Shown one piece after another: positions 1 to 7,566 of a DNA stretch of 64,000 nucleotides. The notes beneath the pieces were generated by a model, which was given only the letters and a program-made list of their open reading frames with translations, was not told the origin of the DNA and made no database searches. Each line of letters begins with the position of its first letter. Positions within the stretch are counted from its first letter, which is position 1. The DNA comes from Candidatus Dormiibacterota bacterium. Its GTDB lineage: Bacteria > Chloroflexota > Dormibacteria > Aeolococcales > Aeolococcaceae. The position numbers and the translations under genes were made by a program. The stretch lies in NCBI GenBank assembly GCA_963754015.1, contig CAVWEG010000008.1, positions 90,473 through 154,472 of the forward strand, given 5' to 3'.

Positions 1-282
1 GGACAGCGCCGGTTGCGGCGCGGTGGGACGAGGTCGATCATCGCGATGCCCGCTCGGGTCGAGGACGAGGACGAGCGGCGCAGTCTGGCCGAGACCCGCG
101 AGTTGCTGCGCGACCGCGTGTGCGAGCGGCACACCGCGCGTCGGAATGCCGACGAGCACCACCGCGTCCAGGTTCGGATGGCGTTCGACGATCTCGTGCG
201 CCAGACGCAGGGTGACCCGGCGCAACGCCGCGGCGTCGAGCAGGCAAGGACTGTCCTCAAAGGGTTGCGCGAGGCCGCTCAT
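1..282 (-). CDS. pyrR: PyrR pyrimidine operon regulator / uracil phosphoribosyltransferase, N-terminal 94 codons (3' end runs off the window)
   Basis: Not in the ORF track because no stop lies inside the window. The reverse-strand ATG at 282 gives MSGLAQPFEDSPCLLDAAALRRVTLRLAHEIVERHPNLDAVVLVGIPTRGVPLAHAVAQQL...LDPSGHRDD. This matches the PyrR N-terminus (LxRLAHEIxER, LVGIxTRGVPLA, RDD region). It begins 11 nt after the pyrB stop. Confidence 0.8.
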   Translation of the reverse strand, partial: MSGLAQPFEDSPCLLDAAALRRVTLRLAHEIVERHPNLDAVVLVGIPTRGVPLAHAVAQQLAGLGQTAPLVLVLDPSGHRDDRPRPTAPQPALS

Positions 283-292
283 CGCAGATTCC

Positions 293-1222
293 TCACGCGA
301 GCAGCATCTCGAGGAGCGCCATCCTGATCGCAACGCCGTTGGCGGCCTGGCGGAAGTAGGCGGCGCGCGGATCGGCGTCGACCTCTGGCGCGATCTCGTC
401 GACGCGCGGGAGCGGATGCATGACGATCGCGGTTGGGGGCAGCTGCTGCATGAGCGCCGCGTCGATCCGGATGGCGGACCGCGCGAGCTCGTACTCGGCC
501 GGATCGGTGAAACGCTCCTTCTGCACGCGCGTCTGATAGACGACGTCGATGCCGTCGAGCACGTCGGTGAGCTGGTCCGCGAGGCGGCACGTGATGCCGC
601 GCGCCTCGAGGCGGTCAAGGATGTCGCGTCGCACCTGCACCACCTTCGGCGCGACGAACGTCATGCCGACACCGGGATACAGCGCCATGAGCAGCGCGAG
701 GGAGCGCGCGGTGCGACCGAAGCGAAGGTCACCGCAGAACGCGATCTGCACGCCCTCGACGTGCCCGAGCTCACGCTCGATCGTGTACAGGTCGAGGAGC
801 GCCTGCGTCGGGTGTTCACCGGGACCGTCGCCGGCGTTGACCACCGGGACCGATGCGACAGCCGCTGCCCGCGCGGCCGCGCCCTCCTGATCGTGGCGCA
901 GCACGATCACGTCGGCGTACGTCGAGACCATTCGAATGGTGTCCTCCAGCGTCTCGCCCTTGATGGCGCTCGAGAAGGTGTGCGCCGCTTCAGTCCCGAG
1001 CACGGCGCCGCCGAGGCGCAGCATCGCGGATTCGAAGCTCAGCCTCGTCCGCGTGCTCGGCTCGTAGAAGAGCGTCGCCATGATGTTGTGCGCGAGACGA
1101 TCGTCGCGGACACCGGCGAGCGCGGACGCCCGTTCGAAGATGTGATCAAGGAGCGGACGGTCGAACTGCTCGCTGCTGATGACATTACCGAGAGCCCGTC
1201 TCGGCGCCGTCTCGACCGTCAT
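293..1222 (-). CDS. pyrB: aspartate carbamoyltransferase catalytic subunit
   Basis: 309-aa ORF with ATCase hallmarks: FYEPSTRTRLSFE (STRTR carbamoyl-phosphate site), HPTQ, and HPLPR near the C-terminus. ATG at 1222. Confidence 0.95.
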   Translation of the reverse strand: MTVETAPRRALGNVISSEQFDRPLLDHIFERASALAGVRDDRLAHNIMATLFYEPSTRTRLSFESAMLRLGGAVLGTEAAHTFSSAIKGETLEDTIRMVSTYADVIVLRHDQEGAAARAAAVASVPVVNAGDGPGEHPTQALLDLYTIERELGHVEGVQIAFCGDLRFGRTARSLALLMALYPGVGMTFVAPKVVQVRRDILDRLEARGITCRLADQLTDVLDGIDVVYQTRVQKERFTDPAEYELARSAIRIDAALMQQLPPTAIVMHPLPRVDEIAPEVDADPRAAYFRQAANGVAIRMALLEMLLA

Positions 1223-1291
1223 CGCGTGATGTCCTCCAGCCCGAGCGGCGCAGGCCGGGGCAGCCGCGCGGCGGCGCCGCGATCCCTTGCC

Positions 1292-1305
1292 GGCCTCTCG
1301 GACCT
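1292..1305 (-). promoter_or_regulatory. candidate PyrR-binding RNA loop in the pyrB 5' leader
   Basis: The minus-strand RNA reads AGGUCCGAGAGGCC about 70 nt upstream of the pyrB ATG. It sits within nested inverted repeats (AGGCCGG 1252-1258 / CCGGCCT 1290-1296). It resembles the PyrR box ARUCCAGAGAGGYU but lacks one A and ends in C, so this is only a partial match. Confidence 0.3.
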
Positions 1306-1338
1306 GCTTGAAGTGGATGCGTTCGGCGGACTCTACCT

Positions 1339-1344
1339 TAGAGT
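1339..1344 (+). promoter_or_regulatory. putative -10 hexamer TAGAGT, leaderless-type promoter for the DUF2905 gene
   Basis: TAGAGT fits TANNNT. It is followed by 6 nt (GGTCTC) and then the ATG at 1351. No Shine-Dalgarno sequence fits in between. Confidence 0.4.
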
Positions 1345-1350
1345 GGTCTC

Positions 1351-1572
1351 ATGGCATTCGGAGACGTCGGGAAGCTCCTCCTGATCGCCGGTGCGGTGGT
1401 CGCTGTGCTGGGCGGGGTGATCCTGCTCCTGGCCCGCGCCGGCGTGACCCAGGTGCCCGGCAGCATCTCGGTCAGCAACGGAAACGTCTCGTTCTTCTTC
1501 CCGGTGGCGTTCTGCATCGTCGTGAGCGTGGTGCTCACGGTGGTCATCAACCTGATCGTCCGTCTTCGCTAG
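1351..1572 (+). CDS. DUF2905-family small membrane protein
   Basis: 73 aa with two hydrophobic helices flanking a PGSISVSNGNVSFFFP segment. This is typical of the DUF2905 pattern (LPGDI..x..F.FYFP). Confidence 0.7.
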   Translation: MAFGDVGKLLLIAGAVVAVLGGVILLLARAGVTQVPGSISVSNGNVSFFFPVAFCIVVSVVLTVVINLIVRLR

Positions 1573-1584
1573 GCGGCACCATCC

Positions 1585-2490
1585 GTGGCTGACGCGCCGA
1601 CCAGCGAGATCACGATCGTGCCCGAGGGGCCGTTCTCGCTCGCTGCCGCCGCCAATTTCGGGTTCGGGCCGAACACGGGACGCCCGAAGCCCGACGGCGA
1701 CTCGATGTCACTCGCGTTTGTCGCCGACGATCTCCAGCACCATGCGGCTGCGATCGTCACCCAGGAACCCGGTGGCGTCGTGCGCGCGCAGGTCTTCGGC
1801 CATGCCGATCCATCCCAAGTGGAAGCGCAGGTTCGGCGGGTGTTGTCGCTCGACCACTCCGGGCTGGCATGGGCGGAGGTTGGCGCGCGTGACGCGGTGA
1901 TCGGGCGCCTCCAGGCCGCGCATCCAGGGCTCCGGCCGGTGCTCTTCCACTCCCCGTACGAAGCCGCCGCCTGGTCCGTCCTGAGCCAGCGACGCCACCG
2001 CGTCCAGGCGACGGCCGTGCGCAGGCGCCTCGCCGCCGCGCATGGACACGTTTTCAACCTCGAGACAGGCGATCTCGAGGCGTTTCCACTCCCGGAAGCA
2101 CTCCTTCGCCTCGATTCGTTTCCCTCGATCGAGCCCCAGCGGATGGATCGTCTGCACGCCGTTGCCCGCGCCGCGCTCGACGGGGCTCTCGAGCCATCGC
2201 GGCTGCTCGGTATGACCACCGACGATGCGCTCGCCGACCTGCAGCGCATGCCCGGGATCGGGCCGATGTATGCGGGGCTGATCCTGTTGCGCTCCACTGG
2301 CGCGACCGACATCCAGACGCTCAACGAACCGCACCTTCCCGCATACGTCGCCCATTTCTACGGGCTGCCGGGCCCTGCGAGCCCCGCCGAGCTGGCACGG
2401 ATCGCCGACGCCTGGCGGCCGTTCCGGACGTGGACCAGCGTGCTCATTCGGGTCGCCGGCGATCAGGTGGGCGTTCCAGAAGGTCGCTAG
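1585..2490 (+). CDS. HhH-GPD superfamily DNA glycosylase (AlkA-like 3-methyladenine DNA glycosylase II)
   Basis: 301 aa. Helix-hairpin-helix signature LQRMPGIGPMYAGLILLR. The surrounding AlkA-like core includes SQRRHRVQATAVRRRLAAAHG and WRPFRTW near the C-terminus. GTG start at 1585. Confidence 0.65.
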   Translation: MADAPTSEITIVPEGPFSLAAAANFGFGPNTGRPKPDGDSMSLAFVADDLQHHAAAIVTQEPGGVVRAQVFGHADPSQVEAQVRRVLSLDHSGLAWAEVGARDAVIGRLQAAHPGLRPVLFHSPYEAAAWSVLSQRRHRVQATAVRRRLAAAHGHVFNLETGDLEAFPLPEALLRLDSFPSIEPQRMDRLHAVARAALDGALEPSRLLGMTTDDALADLQRMPGIGPMYAGLILLRSTGATDIQTLNEPHLPAYVAHFYGLPGPASPAELARIADAWRPFRTWTSVLIRVAGDQVGVPEGR

Positions 2491-2522
2491 TGGGTCGCGT
2501 CGCTACGGGCGCGGGCTGCGGC

Positions 2523-2990
2523 TCAGCCCGGCGGCGGCACGTAGCGGCCGGCGACGATCCTGCCGCCGGCAATCTCGAACACCCATGTCCCGGCTTTCGC
2601 CCACTGCATCCCGCCCTTCATCGGCAGGCCCTGCTCCGTGAGGACGGTGATGACCTCGGCCATGACGTCGCCATGCGTGCAGAGGACCGACCCCGGCACG
2701 GCGGCAAGCTCGCCCATCGCCCACTCCGGTCCTGAGCCCTCGGCCAGCCGGCTCTCCTCCACGACCTGCAATCCGAGCGCCATCGCAAGCGGCGCGACGG
2801 TCTCCATGCAGCGCAGGTAGGGGCTCGACTTGATACTCCGAACGCCCGTCCCGATCGACTTGATGAGTGCTGTGGCCTGCAGCTTCCCTGCGTCGGTGAG
2901 AGGGCGCTCCCGATCCGGGGCGGTCCAGCGCTCCCGCGATCCCGCTTTTGCGTGGCGAACCAGGTAGCTCGTCAACTCACTTCCAGGCAT
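2523..2990 (-). CDS. histidine phosphatase superfamily protein (SixA-like phosphohistidine phosphatase)
   Basis: An internal ATG at 2990 of ORF 2523..3380 gives MPGSELTSYLVRHAKAGSRERW...RPLTDAGKLQA...CTHGDV. This carries the RHA/RHG catalytic motif and the downstream HG motif. The upstream part of the ORF is Arg/Ser/Pro-rich shadow sequence overlapping the CHAD gene. The start overlaps the CHAD stop by 14 nt. Confidence 0.7.
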   Translation of the reverse strand: MPGSELTSYLVRHAKAGSRERWTAPDRERPLTDAGKLQATALIKSIGTGVRSIKSSPYLRCMETVAPLAMALGLQVVEESRLAEGSGPEWAMGELAAVPGSVLCTHGDVMAEVITVLTEQGLPMKGGMQWAKAGTWVFEIAGGRIVAGRYVPPPG

Positions 2991-4482
2991 TGGTCCAGCT
3001 CTTCTCGACGCGCCGCCACACCGCCGGCCACCCGGCTCGCGATTGTTCCGCAGCATCGCGCTGCAGCGCGACCAGCTCGCCGGTGGCGAACAGCGCGGTG
3101 TCGTGGATGCGCGGCGACTGCAGGCGCGCCCGGAGCCACTCCTCCGCGACGACAGCGTCGTGGAGCTCACCGAGCACCTCCTGGAGGGCGGCGACCTCCT
3201 TGGCAAAAGCCGCCGCCCGCTTTCCGGTCGCGGCGGCGGCAGCCTCGGCGGCGTACCGGCAGCGCTTGGCGCGGATCCGAAGGTCGTGCAACTGCTCATC
3301 GGGGACGCCGGGGAGGCAGGCGATCGCGCCGGACCGCAGCGACCGCCAGGGCCTGCGAACGAGGCCCGGAAGGACCTCACGTGCCGGCGCGGCCGCCTGG
3401 GCGTTCAGGTCGGGTGCTCGGGCGGCGGCAACGAGGTGGTCGATGACCTCGAAGTAGCGGTCCGTATCGATCGAGGTCAGGAGATGCCGCCGCGCCGAGC
3501 GCACCTGCGCGACCAGCGGCGCGACGACCGCCGTCGCCGCCCGGCGGTCGACAGCCGGGAGGGTCGCCGCGGCGGCGCGGAGACGGTCGCGGAGCACCTC
3601 GGCATCGCGAACGCGCCCGAGCTCGGCCCCGACCCAGCGCAACTCGTCACGAAGCCCGTTGACCCAGTCGCGGTCGAGGAGCGGCTGGAACGTGCGCAGG
3701 TCGCTGCGCAAGCGACGCGTCGCCACACGAGCCTGGTGGACGTCCTCGATGTCGACCCCGAGGCGAACGCCGGGGTCGTGGCGCAGCAGCCGGATCACCG
3801 AAGTGGTCAGCGCCCGGCGCACGACATCACCGGCAGTCGACGACGCGTCGAGGGAGACGGGCGCGAGTTCGGGAGGTGGTGCTCCGACCAGACCGAGCGC
3901 TCGAGCGACGAGCGCGCGAGGCGCCGCGGGCTGCGCCCCCGCGGCCTGGCAGCGTGCCGCGAGGATTTGCAGCAGGATGTCACTCTGCGCCGTCAGATCG
4001 ATCTCACGGAAGCGCTGCGTGATCCTCGGACCGGAGTAGACGGACACGGTCGCATCGACGGCGCTGGCGAGCTCGTGTCCATCGGCGTCGAGGAGCACGG
4101 TGTCGCTGGTGAGGGTCACGAGCCTCGCGACGAGCTCGACAGGGGCATGGCGGGCATACACGCGCACGAGGCTGAGCGCGTCGTTCGGTGGGCTCTCCGG
4201 AGGCCCCGCGAAGCGCAGCTCGGCGCCGCCGTCCGCGGTCATGCCCTCGGCTGTGGCAGGGAGCCTGAGCACCCAGCCGCTGTCCGCCGCGTGCTCGAGG
4301 GCGACCCCCCATCGGGCGAGCCGGAGATCGGCGGTATCCCAGTGGGTCGTCCGAATCCGCCGCGGCGGCTCGGCAACGACGACTGCGGACGGATCCACGT
4401 CCTCGAGTGGGGCCTGCGAGAAGGTGATCGGCACTTCGAGCCGGAGCACTCGAGCGTGCGGGGACTTGCCCGCCACGCTCAC
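2977..4482 (-). CDS. CYTH (triphosphate tunnel metalloenzyme) plus CHAD domain protein
   Basis: 501 aa. The N-terminal ~190 aa is CYTH-like. The C-terminal is a helical, Arg/His-rich CHAD region (VHQARVATRRLRSDLR..., HDLRIRAKRCRYAAE). The GTG start at 4482 overlaps the ppk stop (GTGA). Confidence 0.8.
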   Translation of the reverse strand: MSVAGKSPHARVLRLEVPITFSQAPLEDVDPSAVVVAEPPRRIRTTHWDTADLRLARWGVALEHAADSGWVLRLPATAEGMTADGGAELRFAGPPESPPNDALSLVRVYARHAPVELVARLVTLTSDTVLLDADGHELASAVDATVSVYSGPRITQRFREIDLTAQSDILLQILAARCQAAGAQPAAPRALVARALGLVGAPPPELAPVSLDASSTAGDVVRRALTTSVIRLLRHDPGVRLGVDIEDVHQARVATRRLRSDLRTFQPLLDRDWVNGLRDELRWVGAELGRVRDAEVLRDRLRAAAATLPAVDRRAATAVVAPLVAQVRSARRHLLTSIDTDRYFEVIDHLVAAARAPDLNAQAAAPAREVLPGLVRRPWRSLRSGAIACLPGVPDEQLHDLRIRAKRCRYAAEAAAAATGKRAAAFAKEVAALQEVLGELHDAVVAEEWLRARLQSPRIHDTALFATGELVALQRDAAEQSRAGWPAVWRRVEKSWTNAWK

Positions 4483-6578
4483 CGGGTGACGCGCTCGACG
4501 GCGAGCCTGTGCAGCTCTGCCTGCGCGTCAAGTCCGCGCACGGTTGGGACCTTGTGCCACGAGCCGTCAGCATGCAGCTCCGCGGCGAGGACGTCGTCGG
4601 CAAGCAGCACGTCGACGATCTCGGCGAGCCGCGCCTGCAGACGGGGATCGGTCACCGGGACCACGGTCTCGATGCGGCCGTCGAGGTTCCGGCCCATGAG
4701 ATCGGCGGATCCGATGTACCAGCGGTCCGGCCCGAAGTGGTACAGCCGCGAGTGCTCGAGGTAACGGCCGGCCAGCGAGCGCACCCAGATGTTCTCCGAC
4801 ATCCCGGCGATCCCCGGGCGCACCCCGCAGGAGCTGCGCACGATGAGGTCGATGCGGGCTCCGGCTGACGACGCGGCGTACAGCGCCTCGATCACCTCGG
4901 GATCGATCAGGTGGTTGCACTTGATGATGACCCGGCCTTCGCTGTGGGTCTGGGTCCGGATCAGCTCGACGATGCCGCTCCGCAGCGTGACCGGGGCCAC
5001 GAGCAGGCGGCGGTACTGACGCTGGCGGCTGTAGCCGGTCAGGTAGTTGAAGAGGTCGGTGAGGTCTTCGCCGATCTCGACATTCGCCGTGAGCAGCCCG
5101 ATGTCCTCATAGAGCCGTGCAGTCTGCGAGTTGTAGTTCCCAGTACCCATGTGGCAGTAGCGGCGGATGCCGCCGTCGGAGCGACGGACGACGAGCGTCG
5201 CCTTCGCGTGTGTCTTGAGCCCGACGACGCCATAGACGACGTGGACGCCGGCCTTCTCGAGCTCCTCGGCCCAGGTGATGTTCTGCTGTTCGTCGAACCG
5301 CGCGGTCAGCTCGACCAGCGCAACCACCTGCTTACCGCTCTCCGCAGCCCGGATCAGGGCACGGACGATTGGGCTGTCGGGACCGGACGTCCGGTACAGC
5401 GTTTGCTTGATCGCGAGCACGTCAGGGTCGCTGACCGCCTGGTCGATGAAGGCCTCGACGCTGCTGGCGAACAACTCGTAGGGATGCTGGACGAGCACGT
5501 CGCCTGCATCGATCACCTTGAAGATGTCGACCTCACCTTCTTCACCCGGCGGCAGCGTGAGCGCGAGCGGGATCACCGGCGCGGGGAGGCGTTCCTTCAG
5601 ATCGGGCCGGTTCAGCTCGTAGAGGCCCCAGAGCCCGCTCAGATCAAGGGGTCCCGCGACGATGTACACGTCCTCCACGCTGAGCTCGAGCTCGCGCATC
5701 AGGAGATGCTGGACCTCCTCGGACATCGAGTCGTCGATCTCCAGGCGCACGACCTGTGGCGACCGCCGGCGGCGACGCAGGTACTCCTGGACCGCGGCGC
5801 GGAGATCCTCGGCCTCCTCTTCCTCGAGAGCGGGATCGGCGTTGCGAGTGACGCGGAACGGGTACTGGCCGACGACCCGCATGCCCGGGAAGAGGCGATC
5901 GAGGTGCGACGCGATGACCTGCTCCACCGGCACGAAACGCTCGCCGTCGGGCATGACCACAAACCGGGGCAGGAGCGGCGGCACCTTGACGCGCGCGATC
6001 CGCTGCTCGGCGCTGCGCGGCGCCCCGACCACCACGGCGAGGTTCAGGGAAAGGTCGCTGATGTAGGGGAACGGGTGCGCCGGGTCGACGGCGAGGGGGG
6101 TGAGCACCGGGAAGATGCGGTCCTCGAACACCGAGTCGACGTACTGGCGGTCCTCGGGATCAAGTGACGCGTAGTTCGAGAAGCGCAGCCCGACGTCGGC
6201 AAGCTTCTCGACGATGTCTCGGAAGGCGTGGATCTGCCGCGCCGCGATGTCGATGGCGCGGGTTCGGATCTCGCTGAGCTGCTCGTCGACGGTCATCCCG
6301 TCGGGGCTCAGGGCCGCGACGCCGGCGCGCCGCTGTTCGATCAGGCCGCCGACGCGGACCTGGAAGAACTCATCGAGGTTGGTGCTCGAGATGGCGAGGA
6401 ACTTGGCGCGCTCCAGCAGGACCCGCGACGGGTCCTCGGCGAGCTCGAGCACGCGCGTGTCGTAGTCGAGCCAGCTGAGATGGCGGTTGATGTACCGATG
6501 GCGTCCGTTGAGCGGCTCGGCGTGAGGGCGACCCGGCGTGGCGGCTTCCGCGCCGTCCTCCGGCGCCGCAACTGCCAT
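4479..6578 (-). CDS. ppk: polyphosphate kinase 1
   Basis: PPK1 signature runs throughout (YINRHLSWLDYDTRVLELAEDP, FFQVRVGGL, HMGTGNYN, two PLD-like C-terminal domains). I chose the ATG at 6578 (MAVAAPEDG...) because the 92-codon upstream extension lies inside phoU. The ATG shares 1 nt with the phoU stop (TGATG). Confidence 0.95.
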   Translation of the reverse strand: MAVAAPEDGAEAATPGRPHAEPLNGRHRYINRHLSWLDYDTRVLELAEDPSRVLLERAKFLAISSTNLDEFFQVRVGGLIEQRRAGVAALSPDGMTVDEQLSEIRTRAIDIAARQIHAFRDIVEKLADVGLRFSNYASLDPEDRQYVDSVFEDRIFPVLTPLAVDPAHPFPYISDLSLNLAVVVGAPRSAEQRIARVKVPPLLPRFVVMPDGERFVPVEQVIASHLDRLFPGMRVVGQYPFRVTRNADPALEEEEAEDLRAAVQEYLRRRRRSPQVVRLEIDDSMSEEVQHLLMRELELSVEDVYIVAGPLDLSGLWGLYELNRPDLKERLPAPVIPLALTLPPGEEGEVDIFKVIDAGDVLVQHPYELFASSVEAFIDQAVSDPDVLAIKQTLYRTSGPDSPIVRALIRAAESGKQVVALVELTARFDEQQNITWAEELEKAGVHVVYGVVGLKTHAKATLVVRRSDGGIRRYCHMGTGNYNSQTARLYEDIGLLTANVEIGEDLTDLFNYLTGYSRQRQYRRLLVAPVTLRSGIVELIRTQTHSEGRVIIKCNHLIDPEVIEALYAASSAGARIDLIVRSSCGVRPGIAGMSENIWVRSLAGRYLEHSRLYHFGPDRWYIGSADLMGRNLDGRIETVVPVTDPRLQARLAEIVDVLLADDVLAAELHADGSWHKVPTVRGLDAQAELHRLAVERVTR

Positions 6579-7252
6579 CAGCCGAGTTCCTCGATCGCTC
6601 CGGAGTCGAGAAAGACCAGGTCCTCGGCGATGTTGGTGACCCGATCGGCGATGCGCTCGAGGTGATGCGCGATGAAGACGAGGTTGGTGGCCCGGAAGAC
6701 CGTGGTGTTGTCCTCGGTCATCATCTGGATCAGGTCGTCGAAGAGACGGTGGTAGATGCGGTCGACCCTGTCGTCGCCGGCTGCGATACGGCGCGCCTGG
6801 AGCACGTCGCGCGAGACCATCGCCGCGAGGATGCCGCGCACCTGGTCGCTGCAATAAGCGGCCATCTTGGGCACGTCGACGTACGTCTCGAGCGGCGGCA
6901 GGTCGGCGAGGTTCCGCGCGAGCTTGGCGATGCTGACGCAGTGGTCGCCCATGCGCTCGAGCTCTGACGACATGTTGAGCAGCCCGATGATCTCGCGCAG
7001 ATCGCGGGCCAGCGGGCTCTGATTGACGATGAGCGAGAAGGAGAGCTCGCGCAGCTCTCGCTGCCGGTCGTTGACGAGCGCGTCATCGGCGATGACCCGC
7101 GCGCACATGCTCACGTCGCGCTCAGCGAGGCCGCTCGTCGCCAGCGTGATCGCCGCGTCGACGAGCTCGCCCATGTCCGCGACGATGCGCCGAAGGTGGC
7201 TCAGCTCCTCGACGAGGGTGGCTCGGTGGGGATGCAGGAGAGGCTCGTTCAT
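6578..7252 (-). CDS. phoU: phosphate signalling complex protein PhoU
   Basis: Two PhoU repeats, each with an ERxGDH/ERIADR motif (SELERMGDHCVSIAK, HHLERIADRVTNIAED). The ATG at 7252 is preceded by GGAGGAC. Confidence 0.9.
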   Translation of the reverse strand: MNEPLLHPHRATLVEELSHLRRIVADMGELVDAAITLATSGLAERDVSMCARVIADDALVNDRQRELRELSFSLIVNQSPLARDLREIIGLLNMSSELERMGDHCVSIAKLARNLADLPPLETYVDVPKMAAYCSDQVRGILAAMVSRDVLQARRIAAGDDRVDRIYHRLFDDLIQMMTEDNTTVFRATNLVFIAHHLERIADRVTNIAEDLVFLDSGAIEELG

Positions 7253-7343
7253 GTCCTCCGAGTTTAGTGGCCCCATGCGACCACCATCACATCTCCCCCG
7301 TCCCATAGCGCTTTCACAATCGCTTTGTCCTCGGGGCCGGTCG

Positions 7344-7349
7344 CATACT
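7344..7349 (+). promoter_or_regulatory. putative -10-like hexamer CATACT within the recurrent GGTCGCATACTCGAA motif
   Basis: 7 nt upstream of the GTG at 7357. The same 15-mer recurs at 18452-18466. A 10-mer core recurs on the minus strand at 44947-44958. Confidence 0.3.
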
Positions 7350-7356
7350 CGAAAGC

Positions 7357-7566
7357 GTGCAGGCACTGGAATCGATGCCCTGGGACCGGACGTCCACGAT
7401 CGACGGGCTCCGACGCCAGGTGGCGACGATCGAGGCACTGATGTTCGCGTGCGAAGCGCCTCCCATCCTCATCACCCTCGTCGAGGACCTCTACCAGTCA
7501 ATCGAGCGCCTGGAGCATCCCCACCCCTCGTTCGGTCACCCGCCGTCTCTGCTGGACGCAGGCTGA
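7357..7566 (+). CDS. hypothetical small protein (69 aa), possibly leaderless, antisense to the ppx-phoU junction
   Basis: The GTG ORF fills the otherwise empty 219-nt ppx-phoU gap. By my count 58 of 69 codons end in G/C. The central segment is helical-looking (IDGLRRQVATIEALMFACEAPPILITLVEDLYQSIERLE). A -10-like box lies 7 nt upstream. The 3' end overlaps the ppx tail convergently by 95 nt. I recognise no family. Confidence 0.35.
   Translation: MQALESMPWDRTSTIDGLRRQVATIEALMFACEAPPILITLVEDLYQSIERLEHPHPSFGHPPSLLDAG

Noticed and set aside
23-1384. 453-aa plus-strand ORF covering the whole pyrB locus
   Set aside because: It is antisense to a gene with unmistakable ATCase motifs. Its translation is Arg/Ala/Gly/Pro-rich with no recognisable domain. 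This is a typical shadow ORF of GC-rich DNA.
3043-4764. 573-aa plus-strand ORF opposite the CYTH/CHAD and ppk genes
   Set aside because: Same reasoning: low-complexity Arg/Gly/Asp-rich translation, antisense to two well-supported genes.
6579-6854. N-terminal extensions implied by the longest ORFs: ppk to 6854, MCM to 32866, R3H ATPase to 42030, crotonase to 38985, AKR to 27779, phoU to 7438, moxR to 56702, DUF4350 to 57856
   Set aside because: Each extension overlaps the upstream gene's coding region and is Arg/Pro/Gly/Ser-rich. In each case an internal start coincides with an ATGA, GTGA or TGATG junction, or with a Shine-Dalgarno site and the conserved family N-terminus.
7253-7340. Possible PHO-box direct repeats upstream of phoU (two TGTGA words on the minus strand)
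   Set aside because: The words are about 27 nt apart rather than in an 11-nt register, and there are only two short copies. This is insufficient to call a PhoB/PhoP site.
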